Source: the human T2T-CHM13v2.0 reference genome, Homo sapiens. Taken from it: 64,000 nucleotides of DNA. Shown one piece after another: positions 1-15,238 of the stretch. Position 1 is the first letter of the stretch; each line of letters begins with the position of its first letter. The notes under the pieces were generated by a model, which saw nothing but the letters and a program-made list of their open reading frames with translations, searched no databases and was not told where the DNA came from. The position numbers and the translations under genes were made by a program. The DNA is taken from assembly GCF_009914755.1 (NCBI RefSeq), contig NC_060937.1, one strand, 5' to 3'.

Positions 1-1991
1 CAACCCTACTTAATTATTCAGCATATTCTGAAAACCTTTAGGAAATCCATCATGTTTAGCCTGTTCTTTGCAGCTATCCGTAGGCAATAGAAGCAAACCA
101 CAGACTTGAGGCTACTTGTGTTTAAATTCTAAGACAATGACTGCAAAACATTAAAGACACATCAGTTCCTCCCCAGGAATTACTTTTGGATTTGGAGTAT
201 GGTGGTTTGTATAGACCCCTCTTTGTAACCTGGGTGCTGTTACGATAATACATAGCACTTTATTGTTAATAGAAAATGGCAGAACCTATTGCTTTAGGGA
301 TAGGTTTTCTCTTGGAAATGAGTGGCAAATCACAATTACATAAACCAAGAGATGACATAACGTATCTATAGGTTGCATAATAATAATCAAGGCAAGAGAA
401 ACCTATTGCATTTGCAAGATTAGAGCTAATTGGTTTTGCAGAGTGCAATAAATCAATTTTGAAAATGCCAAGTCAAATCAGGTGTGCTATGCTATTAACT
501 AATATGTGGTTTACAACAAAACTAGAAATTGAGTTATAGAATTTGTTTTAGACAGCTTTATTTGCAAAGCACATGAAAATGCTGAGAAATTTAGTGCATT
601 TACATAGGCAGCCATCTTATTCAGTGATAGGAAAGAAGAATTCAAACAGTACGAAAAAGTAATGCCGTTTCTATTTTATGGGAACGAAATTATTGAAATC
701 AAGTTTTAAAAGTTAATAATAATTCCCATAAGGGATTATACTTTAAATATTATCTAGAAATATTAAATAGAAACATAATTTACTCATGGGCATGCAGTAT
801 ATTCTGCTGTAAATGGACTCTATGAACACAGAACAGTCATGCTGTCTTGGGGAATGGAAGACATTGGCTGTGTCCATGAAGATATGTTTGTTCCCTGAAG
901 TTTCATTTTTCTATAGCTATCTCTTAGGATCCATTACTAAAACTGAAAGAATGAGCCAGCAAATAAGTCTGTGGGCCTCATCCATTTCCATTTATTTCCA
1001 TATTTTGATATGCTGCATATTTAATAAGGAAAAAAGTTTTTCTTAAGAAAATAAAACTGTAGGCTATAAGATCTTTTTCATCCCTACTATTCTATTTTGC
1101 TAAGAATAGCAATAATTTACCACTCTGTTTAACTAACATGTTTTCAAGTAATGACATCCATTAAACAATGCTTGTTTTCATGTTAAGAAAATATAGACTT
1201 TCCAAGCTTTCTTATTTTTAAAAGATCAAGTAATGATGTCAAAGAAAGAAAAAGATTAAGGTGATTAGGAAAGGAACCACTATTAATTTTGCTTGATTTT
1301 TTTGGGGGGAATTAGACTGTCATCATTCCATATGTCATTTTGTTATTAGTTAATAACTACTGATTATATAACTATTGATAAGGTGATAAAGGATAGATTT
1401 TCATCTATAAAAGACATATTAATATACTTTATATAAATTATTTAGATTGCTTCCTAAGAAATACTGTTCTTACATTCATTTGCATTGGTTTATTCTGTTT
1501 CCAAGTTTATATTTGGTTACTTAAAGCTAACATTGTGAGATTTTCCAAACACTGCTAAAAATAAATCAGAGTGTTTCCTTTACACAAAGTTTGGCTATTA
1601 GTGGATGTTGTCATCTTTTATGTAGTAACAAGAAATTTTCCTAATCTCGTAAAATAGCTACTACTATAGAAAGTTCAAGTTTTATTCTAATGAAACTATT
1701 ATTATCTAAGATATTTCCCTTGAATTTGACATGTGTATCTGAACATTAATTGAATATGCATAATGGCAGTAAATGTGTGGGTGAATTTGGTTTTGTAAAA
1801 TAGTAAAATAAACTTTTGGGTTTGGGGAATAATGTGGACTATCTAGGTGCATATTAATGTTTTTATAATCAGGTAGTAAGTCTCAAATGCTATAATGGTT
1901 TGTGATCTAATTCCGATCTCATGTTCCAAGGAGAATTAAAATATTTTCCTTTTATTCCTTATTGTTTAAGAACAATTTATATGCAGTGTAA

Positions 1992-2230
1992 CATTCAGCA
2001 AACATTTATTGAGCACCTAGTGGGAGCCCCTAATTGCTGGAGATACAGTTATGAGTCAGATCAAATCACTGCCCTTGAAGTTTGGGGAGGAAGACAAGAA
2101 AAATGATTTTTCGTAAGGGTTTTTTAATATATAAATCTGCATATGAAGGAGAGATAGTAAAAGAGTGGTCTGTTCTACTTTCAGAAGCAAATCAAGAAAG
2201 ACTCTGCAGGAGATATATTCTTGACTTGCT
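1992..2230 (-). mobile_element. L2 3' end fragment
   Basis: CATTCAGCAAACATTTATTGAGCACC...GGAGATACAG is the reverse complement of the L2 3' terminus. Confidence 0.55.
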
Positions 2231-2269
2231 CCTCCTTACCAAATGGAAAGTAACACTGACTTAAACAGA

Positions 2270-2460
2270 ATACACCAAATTTGCATTGTTATTCAGATCC
2301 TAGCAACCTGGCACCAACAGCTAATAAAATAAAATTTCAGGTTAGGTTTATGGGTGAATATCATGAAACCAAGTCCCATAAATCAGATAATCATGAGATT
2401 CACTGCATTTCCAAGACCAGTTGGGTTTACATCATTGTTAATAATCATGATTAATACTCT
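2270..2460. promoter_or_regulatory. Candidate developmental enhancer (motif cluster only)
   Basis: Overlapping ATTTGCAT (2279-2286) and CATTGTT (2284-2290); CCATAAATCA (2376-2385) is the reverse complement of the PBX-HOX site TGATTTATGG. Confidence 0.3.
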
Positions 2461-3420
2461 TACTTTTATTTCTTACTAACTTAAAATGTCATGGTGAAGT
2501 ATTTTTTGAAATCTCAGAGTATAATAGGTCCCACTAAGGAAAATGACAAACTGATTGTCCAAATCAAAATCACTCTGGGCCTACTGAGAATGTTATGGTA
2601 AGGATAAAAATGAGAGTGAAACCTTCTGAGAAAGTATTTGCTCATTATTAATGAAGGAAATATGTATTATCTACTCCTACCATGCTTTGGGCCCAAGAAA
2701 TAAATTACTGAAAAAATAAACCAAGAGAGGGTTTTGAAAATTAACACTGCAGCAGATTTAAAATAAATAAATAAATAAGAACTTAAAGCTGAAATTTGAA
2801 GGTGAGATCAAAATCAGGTGGTTCTCTTTTGAGCTATAATGAGCCATAAAAAGGAGTTTTCCTGACTAGTAAGCTAAAATGCTTAATGATATGACATGAA
2901 GGAGTTTCGGGTACCATAAATGTTAGCATAAAAAGTTTAATACTTTAGAGTTCATGTAAAGGCATTATTAATGAAAAATGATGCTCTTAGGAATTCCATG
3001 TATTAATAAATTGCTTGAAATAAATGGCATCTATAATTTTTCATTTACCTGAAAGTTTTTAATGTTTTTATTATTTACGAGTGACACTTTTGTTCAAATT
3101 GTGATTGTTTTAGGTACATAATTAAATGAACAAATTTGGCTGAGAGAGAGAGAGAGCTGCCATTTTTAAACCAGAAGAAGCATGCTCCAGCTTTGGAATA
3201 AATATAGCTAAGAGTTCTTTATCACCATTTAATGTCTCAAATTTCTAAGTATAGGGACATAGACACAAAGGTTTTACAAAACTATTTCAGCAGTGCTAGA
3301 GTAAAACATGTAGCTCTATTTATAGCCAAAAGTTTCACTGATGCCATTTTGCCACTTGTAATATGTTAGGCTATTAATAAGAAACTTATAAGATAGCCTG
3401 AGATCATTTCTCACTCTAAA

Positions 3421-3567
3421 TAGTGTTTTTCAAATGTAAGTGCATATAAGCCACCTGAGAGTTTTAAAAATTACCAATATCTGGGTCGCCCCCTAGAGTT
3501 TCTGATGTAATTGGTCTTGGGTACAGGCTGGACATTTGGATAGTGCAACCAAGGTTGACAAGCGCTG
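3421..3567. mobile_element. MER5B-like hAT-Charlie MITE
   Basis: TAGTGTTTTTTCAAA...CCACCTGAGAGTTTTAAAAA...TTCTGATGTAATTGGTCTTGGG...GTGCAACCAAGGTTGACAAGCGCTG resembles MER5B. Confidence 0.65.
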
Positions 3568-3620
3568 TTACAAAGAAACTTGAAACAGGAGAAGCTTAGA
3601 GATTTTAAAACCTCAGAGGC

Positions 3621-4006
<386 letters not shown>

Positions 4007-7000
4007 TCAGGTAGAGAAGATACCTAGAGGAGTGTTTCTTCAAATACGTGTTTACCACCGATTTAAATAATCCTTTTTTTTTATGCAGAGAGCATGAAAA
4101 CAACAATTAAAGTAATTCCTATGAATACAACAATCAGCATAATTCTCAATAAAACCAATTGTATTAATCATAATTTTGGTTCTGAAAATTTTGATAATGC
4201 AGAAAGAAGCTCTCAGATCAGTGTTCTTAAAAATCAAGATAGCAGTTTGAGAGCACCTGAAAGGTCAGTTAAATTCGATCAAATTCTCTTTGATATGTGG
4301 CTGGGATCATTCACTTTTGCTCTACTTTTTAAAAATGTATTAACCAAATAGTTATGAGTCTATCTATCAAGTGTTCAAATTATTTTACATGTAATCTCCA
4401 ATCTCCAGAAAATAAATGAGACTACAACAAATTTACCCCAATTTCTGCAGAGAGCATAAATAATTGCTTTCAAGGGATGCTTGAATGAAATTACTTCCCT
4501 GACTGCAGGGGTTGGGGCTTGGTGAAGATTTGTCCTTTGTGAGTAATGAGAAGAGTATACTTGGATATAAAAATAGTAAAGAAATAATTGGTTTTTTAAA
4601 AAACCTAAATTCCATGTTTAGCAAAGTTAATGAGTCCATAAATTCCTAAAGCTGAATATTAGTGTGTAAATGAGTACTCTAAACCAATAGAGAATTAACT
4701 TAAAATTCATGGCTATTTAGCTAAAACTTCATATGTTCTTATCATTCTGTGTCTCCTAGTTTTAGATCGAACGGATGTTTTGACTCCAAAAAGACTCAAA
4801 ATTTCTGACAATGCCCTTTATTAATAAGTTGCATTTTGAAAAATCATTTAAGCAAAAATTAAATTTACATTTTCAAAATTGCATGTTAGGTTAATTTACC
4901 AAATCCTTTATCTATTTTGTGTTTCCAGTCATCCAGTTTTGTTTGTGATATTTAAATATTCAAAAATATTTGTTGAAATTACAAATTTTATTAATTGATT
5001 TTTGAGGGGACTAGGGTAGGTTACTTTTTATTTAAGTTCCATGGTGTTTTGCATATTCAAATAATTATATTGTGAATAGCCTGAAAGACAGTAGCTATAT
5101 GATCATTTGAGATAATGGTAACAATATTCAACTGTTGAAAAGATATTATTTTAAGTATAAGCTAAGGAGATTGTACTTTATGTAACTAGGAGATGATTAG
5201 AAAATCTGTTTTAACAGCATGATTAAATTGGGAATTCTTTTTTTGAAGTTTTGTAAAAGGGAGGCAGAAGTTTAAGGAAAAATGTTGGTTAGGTAAACTT
5301 GGATAGTTTTAGATCTATTAGCGACAGAATACTCAAGCTCTTGAAAATAGGAAAAGTTGCTCTCCTCATGCTAAAGGACAAGGGCTGCCATAAGCTAATC
5401 ACTGTATCTTTACTCAGATCCTATAAAGTGATTTATACAGAGAAGGGATTCAGTAAATCTTTACTAAATGAATTTTAGATGATGGAATGGACCATTGTGG
5501 CTGAAGGAGAGAGTAGTGAAAATGGGGATATTAGGAAAGGAAGTAGATGATTTGCTCAGATTTTGTTAAATTAGGTTTTGATAGAACAAACCTGAAAAAA
5601 AAAAAAAGAAAAAAAACAGCCTGCATGACTTCTTAAAGTCCTCAGCTCTTAATAGTGTTCCAATGGCAATTAACTTTCACTTGAGTTTTGAAGGGAACAT
5701 TAAAACCATAGCAAAGCGCACATTATATTCGTTGTTTCTGTGTAGTGCTGCTTCTTTACCAGGCAAATAAATCCTGGTAGACGTGCAAGAGCTTGCTCCT
5801 AATACAAAATAAACAAAATGTGTTTTACTGAGAAAATTGCAGACATATCAAAGGGTAATTTGACAGCAAGGGTATAGAATACTATCAAGATATTTTCTTC
5901 TATTTTACATACATGTGTAATTCTTGCTTGAATGCAAGAGGGCTGAATACCAGCCTTATTTAATATATTTTGTGTCAACTTCTGTATACAGATTTTTTTT
6001 CTTGAGGTGAGAGGAGAGGAAAGAGGAGAACATTAATTCCAGATAGCTTTAAGCAAATGTTAGAAAGGTGAACATTTATAGGCTTCCAAATATCTTTTGG
6101 CTAGCTGACATTTACAAACACTGAGCTAGGTAAGCTTTTTCCCCTAGCAATATTAAGGCTGTAGCCACAAGTAAAGGATATATGAAGTGAAATATGCCAT
6201 TCAAACATAGTAAAGAAGAAGACTGTTTGTAACCACTGTTGCTGAAAATCATGAGAACAAAGTCTTTCTTGTTATTTTAAACATCCTATAAAAGCATTGC
6301 AAAAGTTTATGTAGCTGGTTAAAATATTTGGGACTATTTGCTCCATTTCCACACCTTATGATAAGGTCCAGGCATTTGTTGAGAGTGAAATTGCCCATTT
6401 AAATGAAGGAACAATATGTTTTAAATTACTTAGAGTACTCTGTTGAAACTTAATGAGAACAGAAGGCAGTGTTAATAAGAAAAATAGTAGTTACAAAGAT
6501 TGCTTAAGAATGCAAGCTGGGTACCAACTAATTGTAATTCTTTAATTCTGGTATGCGTGCAACATCCCTTGTGTATGCAAACAAAATGTGTATTTCCAAG
6601 CTGTATGTTTTAGGATCAGAGAATTTCAACCAAATATTAAATTCTCAAATAGTATGCAAACAGGTGTCAATCATCACTTTAACATGACAGCTGGAGGAAA
6701 AAATTCCAAGCAACATGTGTAGGTAATTGTGGTTAATATTTATCTGTACATAGGAAGATATTTCAGGGATGTGTAAGTATGCAAATAACTCTTGGATTTC
6801 TAATTACTGTATTTATCAAGTTGTATATGCTGTCTAAATTCAGAAATGAAAGCAATTTTAAAATAGCATGCATATAATAAAGGCAATAATCTGCCCTTCT
6901 CTCTGTCTCTGCCTGTGTCTCCATCTCACACATGTATCTGTGTATGTGTCTATATACCCTCACTTGTGAACATATATTCATAACCACATGTATAAACACA

Positions 7001-7019
7001 CAGTATAAAAGCACATATA

Positions 7020-7150
7020 AGAACATATACCAAAATATTATCAGTAGTTAATTTTAAGACAAGCATGATGGGTCATTTTAATTTTCTACTTTTTACATGT
7101 CTGTTTTGATTGCAACTCTAAAAATAAGCCTGTATTACTTTGTAATGGGA
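7020..7150 (+). mobile_element. Old L1 (L1ME/L1MC) 3' end
   Basis: ACCAAAATATTATCAGTAGTT...ATGGGTCATTTTAATTTTCT...TGTATTACTTTGTAAT resembles the L1ME 3' terminus. Confidence 0.5.
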
Positions 7151-7479
7151 AAGGGAGAGAGGGAGAGAGAAAGATTTGCCTGTTTTGGAAAATTTTTTTA
7201 AAGGAACACCACAGGAAATTAGATCATTCTTAGGTGCCTGCTGTTTATATCTAAAATGGTTTTCAATAATGGGATAGTTCTAATATCAGTAGAGATATCC
7301 ATTATCACATGTAGATTGAACCTTGTTGTTGCAGGATAGAAATATTTAAAACTGTTTAACTGACTTGAAGAATTGTTCAAGTTTGGAAAATATATTCAAA
7401 AAGAAAAACTTTCCAGTTAATTTTATGAAATTAACAAAATATTGATTCTAAATGATATATTTATAAAATTTTATTTTAT

Positions 7480-8567
7480 AATTGGGTATTGGTAGTGTAA
7501 GGAAATAAAATAGACTTTTATGTGCTCATATTGTAACCGGTGATCCTGATAGCTATATTTAGTTATTAGTTCTAATATTTTAGTTTAGATTTTCTACGTA
7601 TGCAATAATGTCATTAGCAAATAATGACCAGTGTATTTCTTTCTTGCTAATTCTTACAAAAAGTAAGAATTCTCTTACAGTTCTTATTGAACTGACTAGA
7701 GAATCTTGTTTCTGATCCCCTAAGGAAAGCTTTCCATATTTCCTTATTAATTATAATATTTTTGTAAGATTTTATGATTATCTTTCATCAGATTAAATAT
7801 TCCATTCTATTCCTAGTTTGCATATTAAAAAATATTTTCTGTATCCATTGAGATAAGATTTTCTTTCATATTGTTAATATAGTTAATTACAATAATTGAT
7901 TTTGTGATATTAAAATAATATTTCATTATTGAAAAAACTTAATTTGTTTTTAATTTATTGTACTTTTTAAAATTAAGGTATAATTCATACAACATAATAT
8001 TTGTCCTTAAAAAGGATGCAACTCAGTGCACAATATAATATTATAAGCATAATATAATATAATATTTCTTTTGTTGCTTGTAATTTGGTGTCATATCTAA
8101 GAAACCATTGTTTAATCTAAGGTCATGAAGATTTTGCTTACGTTTTCTTCTATAAGCTTTTTACTTCTAGATCTTACATTTAGGTTTTCATCAACTTTGT
8201 GTGTAACATAAGGTCAGAATCCAACTTCGTTTATTTGTATGCATATGTACAGTTGTCCCAACACTATTTGTTGATAAGACTACTATTTCCCTATTGAATT
8301 TTCTTGGCATCCTTTCAAAAATCAATTGCTTATAAATATGAGGTTTATTTATTGATGCTCAATATTATTTCATTAAATTTATATGTCTATCTCTATGCTA
8401 AAACAAACAACACTGAATTAATATAGTTTGATAGAAAATTTTCTGTTTCAAGATTATTTAGACTGTTTTGGGTACTTTATTATATTAGTTTCCTATTGCT
8501 GATGTAACATCTTACTATAAAGTTATGCCTAAAAATATCACAGCTTTATTATCATAATGTGTGCGTG

Positions 8568-8612
<45 letters not shown>

Positions 8613-8750
8613 TCCTTGGGATTTTCTATATGCATAAATATTTCTCCATATACATCTATATACAAATGCTTTATACCTCATGGCATCTCCATATAGAGAT
8701 AGTTATATTTCTTTCTTTTTAATCTTGACCCCAGGCTAATATCCAGTTGA
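7480..8750 (-). mobile_element. Old L1M (MB/ME) ORF2 and 3' fragments, with a small MLT1 piece near 8482-8557
   Basis: Antisense L1 ORF2 motifs such as GGTGTCATATCTAAGAAACCATTG...AAGGTCATGAAGATT and TTGGCATCCTTTCAAAAATCAATTG. Confidence 0.7.
8558..8610. repeat. (TG)n microsatellite
   Basis: 20 uninterrupted GT units at 8571-8610. Confidence 0.95.
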
Positions 8751-9033
8751 ATAAAAGGTGGTACTACTATTGAACATGCCATAGAATATTAACTTTGTAA
8801 ACTGACTTGGAGTCTCCCTGGGTGAATTCTAACCCTCTCATATATAATAATGGCTTCATTTACAAAATGTATAAGATCATGACTATCAAATTATTTCTTC
8901 AGCCTTGACTTTTATCCAGAACTGCCAAATCTGGATAGAATTCCCATTTAGGATTCCCACAGGCATGTTCAAAATAGTACTTTCTTTTGCCCGTGAGATT
9001 CTGCCTTATGTCTTGAATTTATACTCTAAGTAA

Positions 9034-9462
9034 ATGTTGCAAGCAGAATAAAAGCCCCCAAAGATGGTCACGCTTTAATCCTTGAGACCTGAATATGCTG
9101 TATTACCTGACAAAAGAGACTTTGTAGTTGGAATCATGAATCATATTAAAAGGAGGACTGTATATGAGCCCAATCTAATCACTATGAGCCCTTAAAAGCT
9201 GAGACCATGCTCCAGTTGATTTCTGAGAGATGGGGCAGGAGGGAAAGGCAGAGATATTTGAAATGTTAGCGCTGCTGGAGAGGGCCACAAATAAAGCATG
9301 AGAAGGAACAGAGACAGTCTCTAGGAGCAAAGGCTGGCCCCAGCTGACAGCCAGCAAGGAAATGGGGACTGCGATACTACCTACACAAGGAACTAAGTGT
9401 GGCTAACAATCTGAATAAACTTGGAAGCAGACCTTTCCTCAGAGCCTCCAATAAAAAATGCA
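9034..9462 (+). mobile_element. MLT1E-type MaLR LTR, 3' truncated
   Basis: GCAGAATAAAAGCCCCCAAAGATG...CCCCAGCTGACAGCCAGCAAGGAAATGGGGAC...CTTGGAAGCAGA. Confidence 0.8.
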
Positions 9463-9519
9463 AGAGTGATGGAGTCATTGCATTACTACATGAATACAAC
9501 ACACTTTACAAGCTACATA

Positions 9520-9860
9520 AACTTCATGCTTTCCTCTTTTTATAAAAGTCATCTCCTCTGCCCTGAAAACTCTCCCCATTGTTATTAATCTGCCCGAAAA
9601 TTTATCTTCATCCTCAAGTGCCTACTCAAATGTTCTATTAAATGAGGTCTTCCCAGATGATCCCAGATAATTAGCACCACTTTTTAAAATTAGATTTCTA
9701 GATACTTTCATTACTGTAATCCCCTTTTAGAGGAAATTTTTGTTGTTGTATATCTCCTTACTAAACTAACACTTTTTTTATTTTTGAATCTGCATCAATT
9801 GTTGAATACATATAGAACACACTAAATATATACAAGCTAATGAAGTAACACATGAATGCA
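9520..9860 (+). mobile_element. L2 fragment
   Basis: Pyrimidine-rich, with TCATCCTCAAGTGCCTACTCAAATGT...GAGGTCTTCCCAGAT resembling the L2 3' region. Confidence 0.45.
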
Positions 9861-10118
9861 TCTCGGACCACTTATCTTAAAACATCCATTTTTTTCTTTC
9901 ATTCTGTCAAATACTTTTTCTCTGATATCCTATACTTTTGTTACTATTCATTGATTTTATCCTTCTATTTATAGTTATTTTCTTACTGAGGTGCAATAAC
10001 TTTCTATGTATTGTTTAGTTTATCACATATCTTGCAAAATTTTGTCTGGTTTGCATACTATCTTTTTATTTTATTGTGAAACACATTATAGAACTTTACA
10101 GATGAAATGAAATCTGTT

Positions 10119-10405
10119 GGCCAGGAGTGGTGGCTCACGCCTGTAATCCCAGCACTTTGGGAGGCTGAGGCGGGCGGATCACGAGGTCAGGAGATCAAGA
10201 CCATCCTGGCCAACATGGTTAAACCCTGTCTCTACTAAAAATACAAAAATTAGCCAGGCGTGGTGGCATGCACCTGTAGTCCCAACTACTCAGGAGGCTG
10301 AGGCAGGAGAATTGCTTGAACCCGGGAGGCAGAGGCTGCGGTGAACCAAGATTGTGCCACTACAATCCAATCTGGGCAACAGAGCGAGACTCTGTTGAAA
10401 AAAAA
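10119..10405 (+). mobile_element. Alu (AluSc-like)
   Basis: Full dimer; GGATCACGAGGTCAGGAGATCAAGACCATCCTGGCCAAC. Confidence 0.95.
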
Positions 10406-10559
10406 TTGTCAATTATTTTTTTCTGTAGTCTCCTTTTTAATTTTTTGTTACAAATATTTATTAAAAAGTACAATTCAAAAGTTAGCTGGACAATCATATA
10501 GATTCTTCTTGAATTTTAGTTTTTGAATACATTCTTCAAGTTCAGATAAACTATTTGTC

Positions 10560-10930
10560 TATATTTTCTTCCAAAATTTTTTAAAAGCAAAAGATCTCTT
10601 GTTCTATAAGCAATTATTTTAAGGTATACATAAAGTGGGAATCTAACTTCATTTTGTTCCAAATAGTTAACCAGTTACCCTGGTTCCTGCATTATCTGCT
10701 GAGTAAACTTTTCTTATCCCTCTAACTTGAAATACCAAAATATATCATTAAAAAGTCATTTATATGTCAATTCTTCCACTTGTGCAGCCCTACTTTATTG
10801 TCATTCCAAAATGATGCTTATCCTTCTGCTAAATTTCTTTGAGTATTTCTAATATTTATCCTTCCAGATAAAATTTAATTATTTTTAATCAAAGGCCAAA
10901 AATACATCATTAAATTTATATGTTTTTTCA
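10560..10930 (-). mobile_element. Old L1ME ORF2 fragment
   Basis: GGAATCTAACTTCATTTTGTTCCAAATAGTTAACCAGTT is an antisense L1 motif. Confidence 0.5.
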
Positions 10931-10984
10931 AGAGAAAAGACACAATTTTTTTTATCCAATGTGCCTTTAAATCTCTAACGGAAA

Positions 10985-12031
<1,047 letters not shown>

Positions 12032-12929
12032 AAGAGTTAATGTTACTTTTAAAATAAATCAAAAGAGCAAAAATTATCTGACATAAACCGACAAAAGAAA
12101 ACAGCAGTCTACTATTAAACTTAATAAAATTTAAGGCAAAATTATTTTATTTGGGATTTTGGATTTGCTTGTGTTTTCTCATCTTACTTAAACCTACCTC
12201 TTTTCATGACTGTATTTCTCACCATCACTTTTCCCTCTACAAGCTAACTGCTCTAGATTTTTAAAAGGTCATGGCTCTTCTGTCTTTTTTAGTGTAAAAA
12301 AGGGGAAATTTCCTAATTTTCATATTTCTTGTGTTAAATTCTTTTCATAAGTACATTATTTTTGAATTCTGAATATTTTGTTAAGTTAGATGATTGTTCA
12401 AAATCAGTTTGCTTATTCATAACTATAGAAAGATGTAGATTTAAGCCCTGCTTTTGCAACAGAAAAGCCAGAGGGCCATAGCTTGTCCTAGTTTCTAATT
12501 GAACCCAATAAGCTTTCTTTTTCTCTCAACTTTATCCAGGAAGCATCATTTTATATACAGATTTCTGATCCAGTCTTCAGGGTTTCCAAGGCATTAATCA
12601 AGCATGGCTTTACTGGACAAATGTAGGGCCTTCTGTGTCTTTAATATTGGACTTTCTATGTCATACAGTCAGTATCTTTGGTCTAGTTCTTCGCAGTGTT
12701 CATATCTCACTGGTTTAGATATAATTGCCTGCTGCAGGGTGATGACTTTCCTACGTGAATCTTCCTGAGTTTCATTATTGATGGTATACGATGTCTACCA
12801 TCAATGGTATACCATGTATACCAAGACAAATATTTCTTCACTCTTCTTGAGGTCTCTGTATACTGCTTGGTTCAAATAATATGGAGTTACCCATTATAAA
12901 CTCATTTACAATGAAGTCAGTTGTAGCCC

Positions 12930-13175
12930 TGTATGGTTTCGCTGTGTCCCCACCTAAATCGCATCTTGAATTGTGGTTACCATAATCCCCACGTGTTGTA
13001 GGAGGGACCCAGTGGGACGTAATTGAATCATGGGGGCTGTTACTCCCATCCTGCTGTTCTTGTGATAGTGAGTTCTCATGAGAGCTGATGGTTTTATATG
13101 GGTCTTTTCCCTCTTTGCTCTGCATTTCTCCTTCCTGCCATCATGTGAAGAAACATGTGTTTGCTTCCCCTTCTG
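12930..13175 (+). mobile_element. THE1D-type MaLR LTR, 3' truncated
   Basis: TATGGTTTCGCTGTGTCCCCACCTAAATC...GGGACCCAGTGGGA...TGTGTTTGCTTCCCCTTC. Confidence 0.9.
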
Positions 13176-15238
13176 TTCCCTTTTTTTCCTTTATTTATCG
13201 ATTTGAGTGTCATTCAGTTCAACGCGAATTTTGTGAACAGCTGGTGTGTGGTCAGCCCAAGGCTGAAACATCGTGAGTGAATACATTGAGGACACAAGTT
13301 TTGTGAACAGTGGGAGCAGAAGCCAAATCGCTGTAGATGGAGGAGAGAGCAAGAGTGGACAACCTGCACGAAGTTGAGCTATGTAAACAATGGGGTAAGA
13401 AAAGTCAGGGGTGTTAGAGGAAGAGAAGTGAAAGTTGGATACCACAGCTTATAATGAGAATAGGAATTGGTAAAAATGTCAAGGCAGGATAAATAATATA
13501 TGTTTAGAGATTTAGTACAGGAGCCATTTGACTTCTCTGCTCTTTGAGACAGACGTGAATTGACAGAGATACAGGGAAAGTGTATTTGAAGTACAAGAAA
13601 CAGCATGTATCTAGAAAACCAAAACACAGAGGGTATAAGTGTGGGGGAGCTGTGAATATTCCAACTTTGGCCACAACATTGGGTAGATATCATAGTTGGC
13701 CAGTAATGAAAACTTGTCTAAAAGTGTATGTTTATGTCACACTGTGATAAAGAAGTATGTAATTCATTGGTTTATTTTAATCCCAGTTCTTGATTTTCCT
13801 GAATTATTGAGTATCGTGAGACAATGACCCATCTTAAGAAGTTCTAAGGAAGGTAGGCTAATATGCAGGAAGGTATTTGTAACCCTCGAAACTCATTGGA
13901 GACACCTCACTAATGTATGGTAACCAGAATAATAGGAGGGTAGGAACTAAGCCAAAAATCAAAGTGATTCCTTCGCACATCGCTACCTGACTTCTTCAGC
14001 TTTGCTTAAACTCTGCCATCTGCTGGTGCAGCAGCAACTTCCTCCTAATAGTGTATGTTCACACTGAGTATTGGCACATAGTTTCTGCATCATATAGGAT
14101 TAAATTTCCTGTTTATTTTTTATTTTTGCTTTGTATTGTATTGTACTTTGGTTCACTTATTTGCGTTTAGTCCAGATCATGATTCTCATAGGTTATAAAA
14201 ATTTTGTGCATATGCCTCTTTTGAAATTTTTTTCTTATTTGTATATCCACAGAATGCTTGAAAGATTCCTTTACCCAATGCCAAAAAGAATCCACTTAAC
14301 ACATTCTGCTGAGGCCTTTATATTAGTACATGTTAACTTTAAGTGGGAATGTTCCAACATGTGACATACTGTATGTGACGAAAAAATGTTCTTAGAAAGA
14401 TTCTCATCTCAAGCAAAATTTATACTGGAGACACTGTCTGCAATATCAAAGACTTCACTATTTTCAACTCACAGTTTACTAAAGAGGATAATTAGAGAGG
14501 TACTCTAACATTAGCAACAAAACAGCATTTGAAGTTCATGACACTTGATAACGGAACCTCTGTATTTCTTAGTCTCTAGCACCATTTCATAGATTGTACT
14601 AAGTTATCAGAGGAGATGAGACATATATTTGACCCAATTCTAAAAATTTAATATAATCAATATTTACCTATAAGGTACGTTAATTGTATTAATACATGTC
14701 AAGTCTCAAGATAAATTCTGAATAAAAATTTTTCAGTTAAGTATTGCAAATATTTTTATCATTAAATTTTTAATACATAAGAGATTATCTGTGTAACATA
14801 TTAAAATGTATGTCATATCATGACAAAAGATTTCTCTATTGGAACATCTTTTATTTAACTGGCTTATTATTATTTCTGGTTGGTGAGTTTAGAAGATTGC
14901 AATCTTTAATTTTATTTAGCTAAGTGATTTGTTGCATTTTAAAATCAGTAGATAATATATGTATCATCTTAGTCTTAATTTATAAATATATGACATTTCA
15001 ATAAAATTCTTGAAGCCAATCAATAAAATTAATTAAGCTTTAAATTCTAGGCTATCTGAAGCTAATTGATTATTGTATTTCTTTATTATTCTTGAAGGGA
15101 AAAGCAGACAGTTTTGTATCAAGATGCTGATTTTCTAAAGTGAGAAAAATTAATTTTAAAACTTAAATTGTGTGTTCAATATCTGTGTGAGATCAGATAA
15201 ACCATGTGTCTTAGAGAGGGAAAGTTTCGAAAGTATAA

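Noticed and set aside
13241-13278. Possible micro-exon AG...GTGAGT downstream of the THE1D LTR
   Set aside because: Weak acceptor context; such motif pairs occur by chance
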